A DNA stretch of 59,799 nt from an uncultured Desulfurococcaceae archaeon (GTDB lineage Archaea; Thermoproteota; Thermoprotei_A; Sulfolobales; NBVN01): NCBI GenBank assembly GCA_964482405.1, contig CAYZXH010000003.1, positions 1 to 59,799 of the forward strand, read 5' to 3'. Of this stretch, positions 59,773-59,799 are shown in pieces (within the stretch, counting starts at the first letter, position 1; each line of letters opens with the position of its first letter). The translations under genes were made by a program, and so were the position numbers. The notes below the pieces were generated by a model. The model was not told where the DNA came from. It did not search any database and saw only the letters and a list, made by a program, of their open reading frames with translations.

Positions 59773-59799
59773 AATGGTTGAAAAAGCTTGTGAGCTTCG

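Overview
Gene-dense chromosomal segment of a thermophilic crenarchaeon (Thermoprotei, probably Desulfurococcales-like, inferred from gene content: rpS30e, SmAP3, TFE-beta, Elf1, Alba, split TgtA, GatDE). It is mostly housekeeping genes: Urm1/thermosome/PAN/PAC2 proteostasis, tRNA/rRNA modification, two intron-containing tRNAs and a complete A1Ao ATP synthase operon. The right quarter is more accessory. It holds a sulfur/Fe-S cluster (O-phosphoserine sulfhydrylase, E1, two TusA-like proteins, IscS, IscU, plus nearby SufS) marked by a repeated palindromic operator (TAATAAC-N3-GTTAT) I cannot assign to a known regulator. Also there are an AAA ATPase gene preceded by a tandem palindromic operator, IS200/IS605-type end remnants, and a highly symmetric ORB-flanked replication origin with no adjacent orc1/cdc6. 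I also found one well-formed C/D-box guide RNA aimed at the 16S 530 loop and a tandem Hfq-like protein. No CRISPR array, rRNA or intact transposase was seen. All functional calls come from motif recognition by eye, not database searches.
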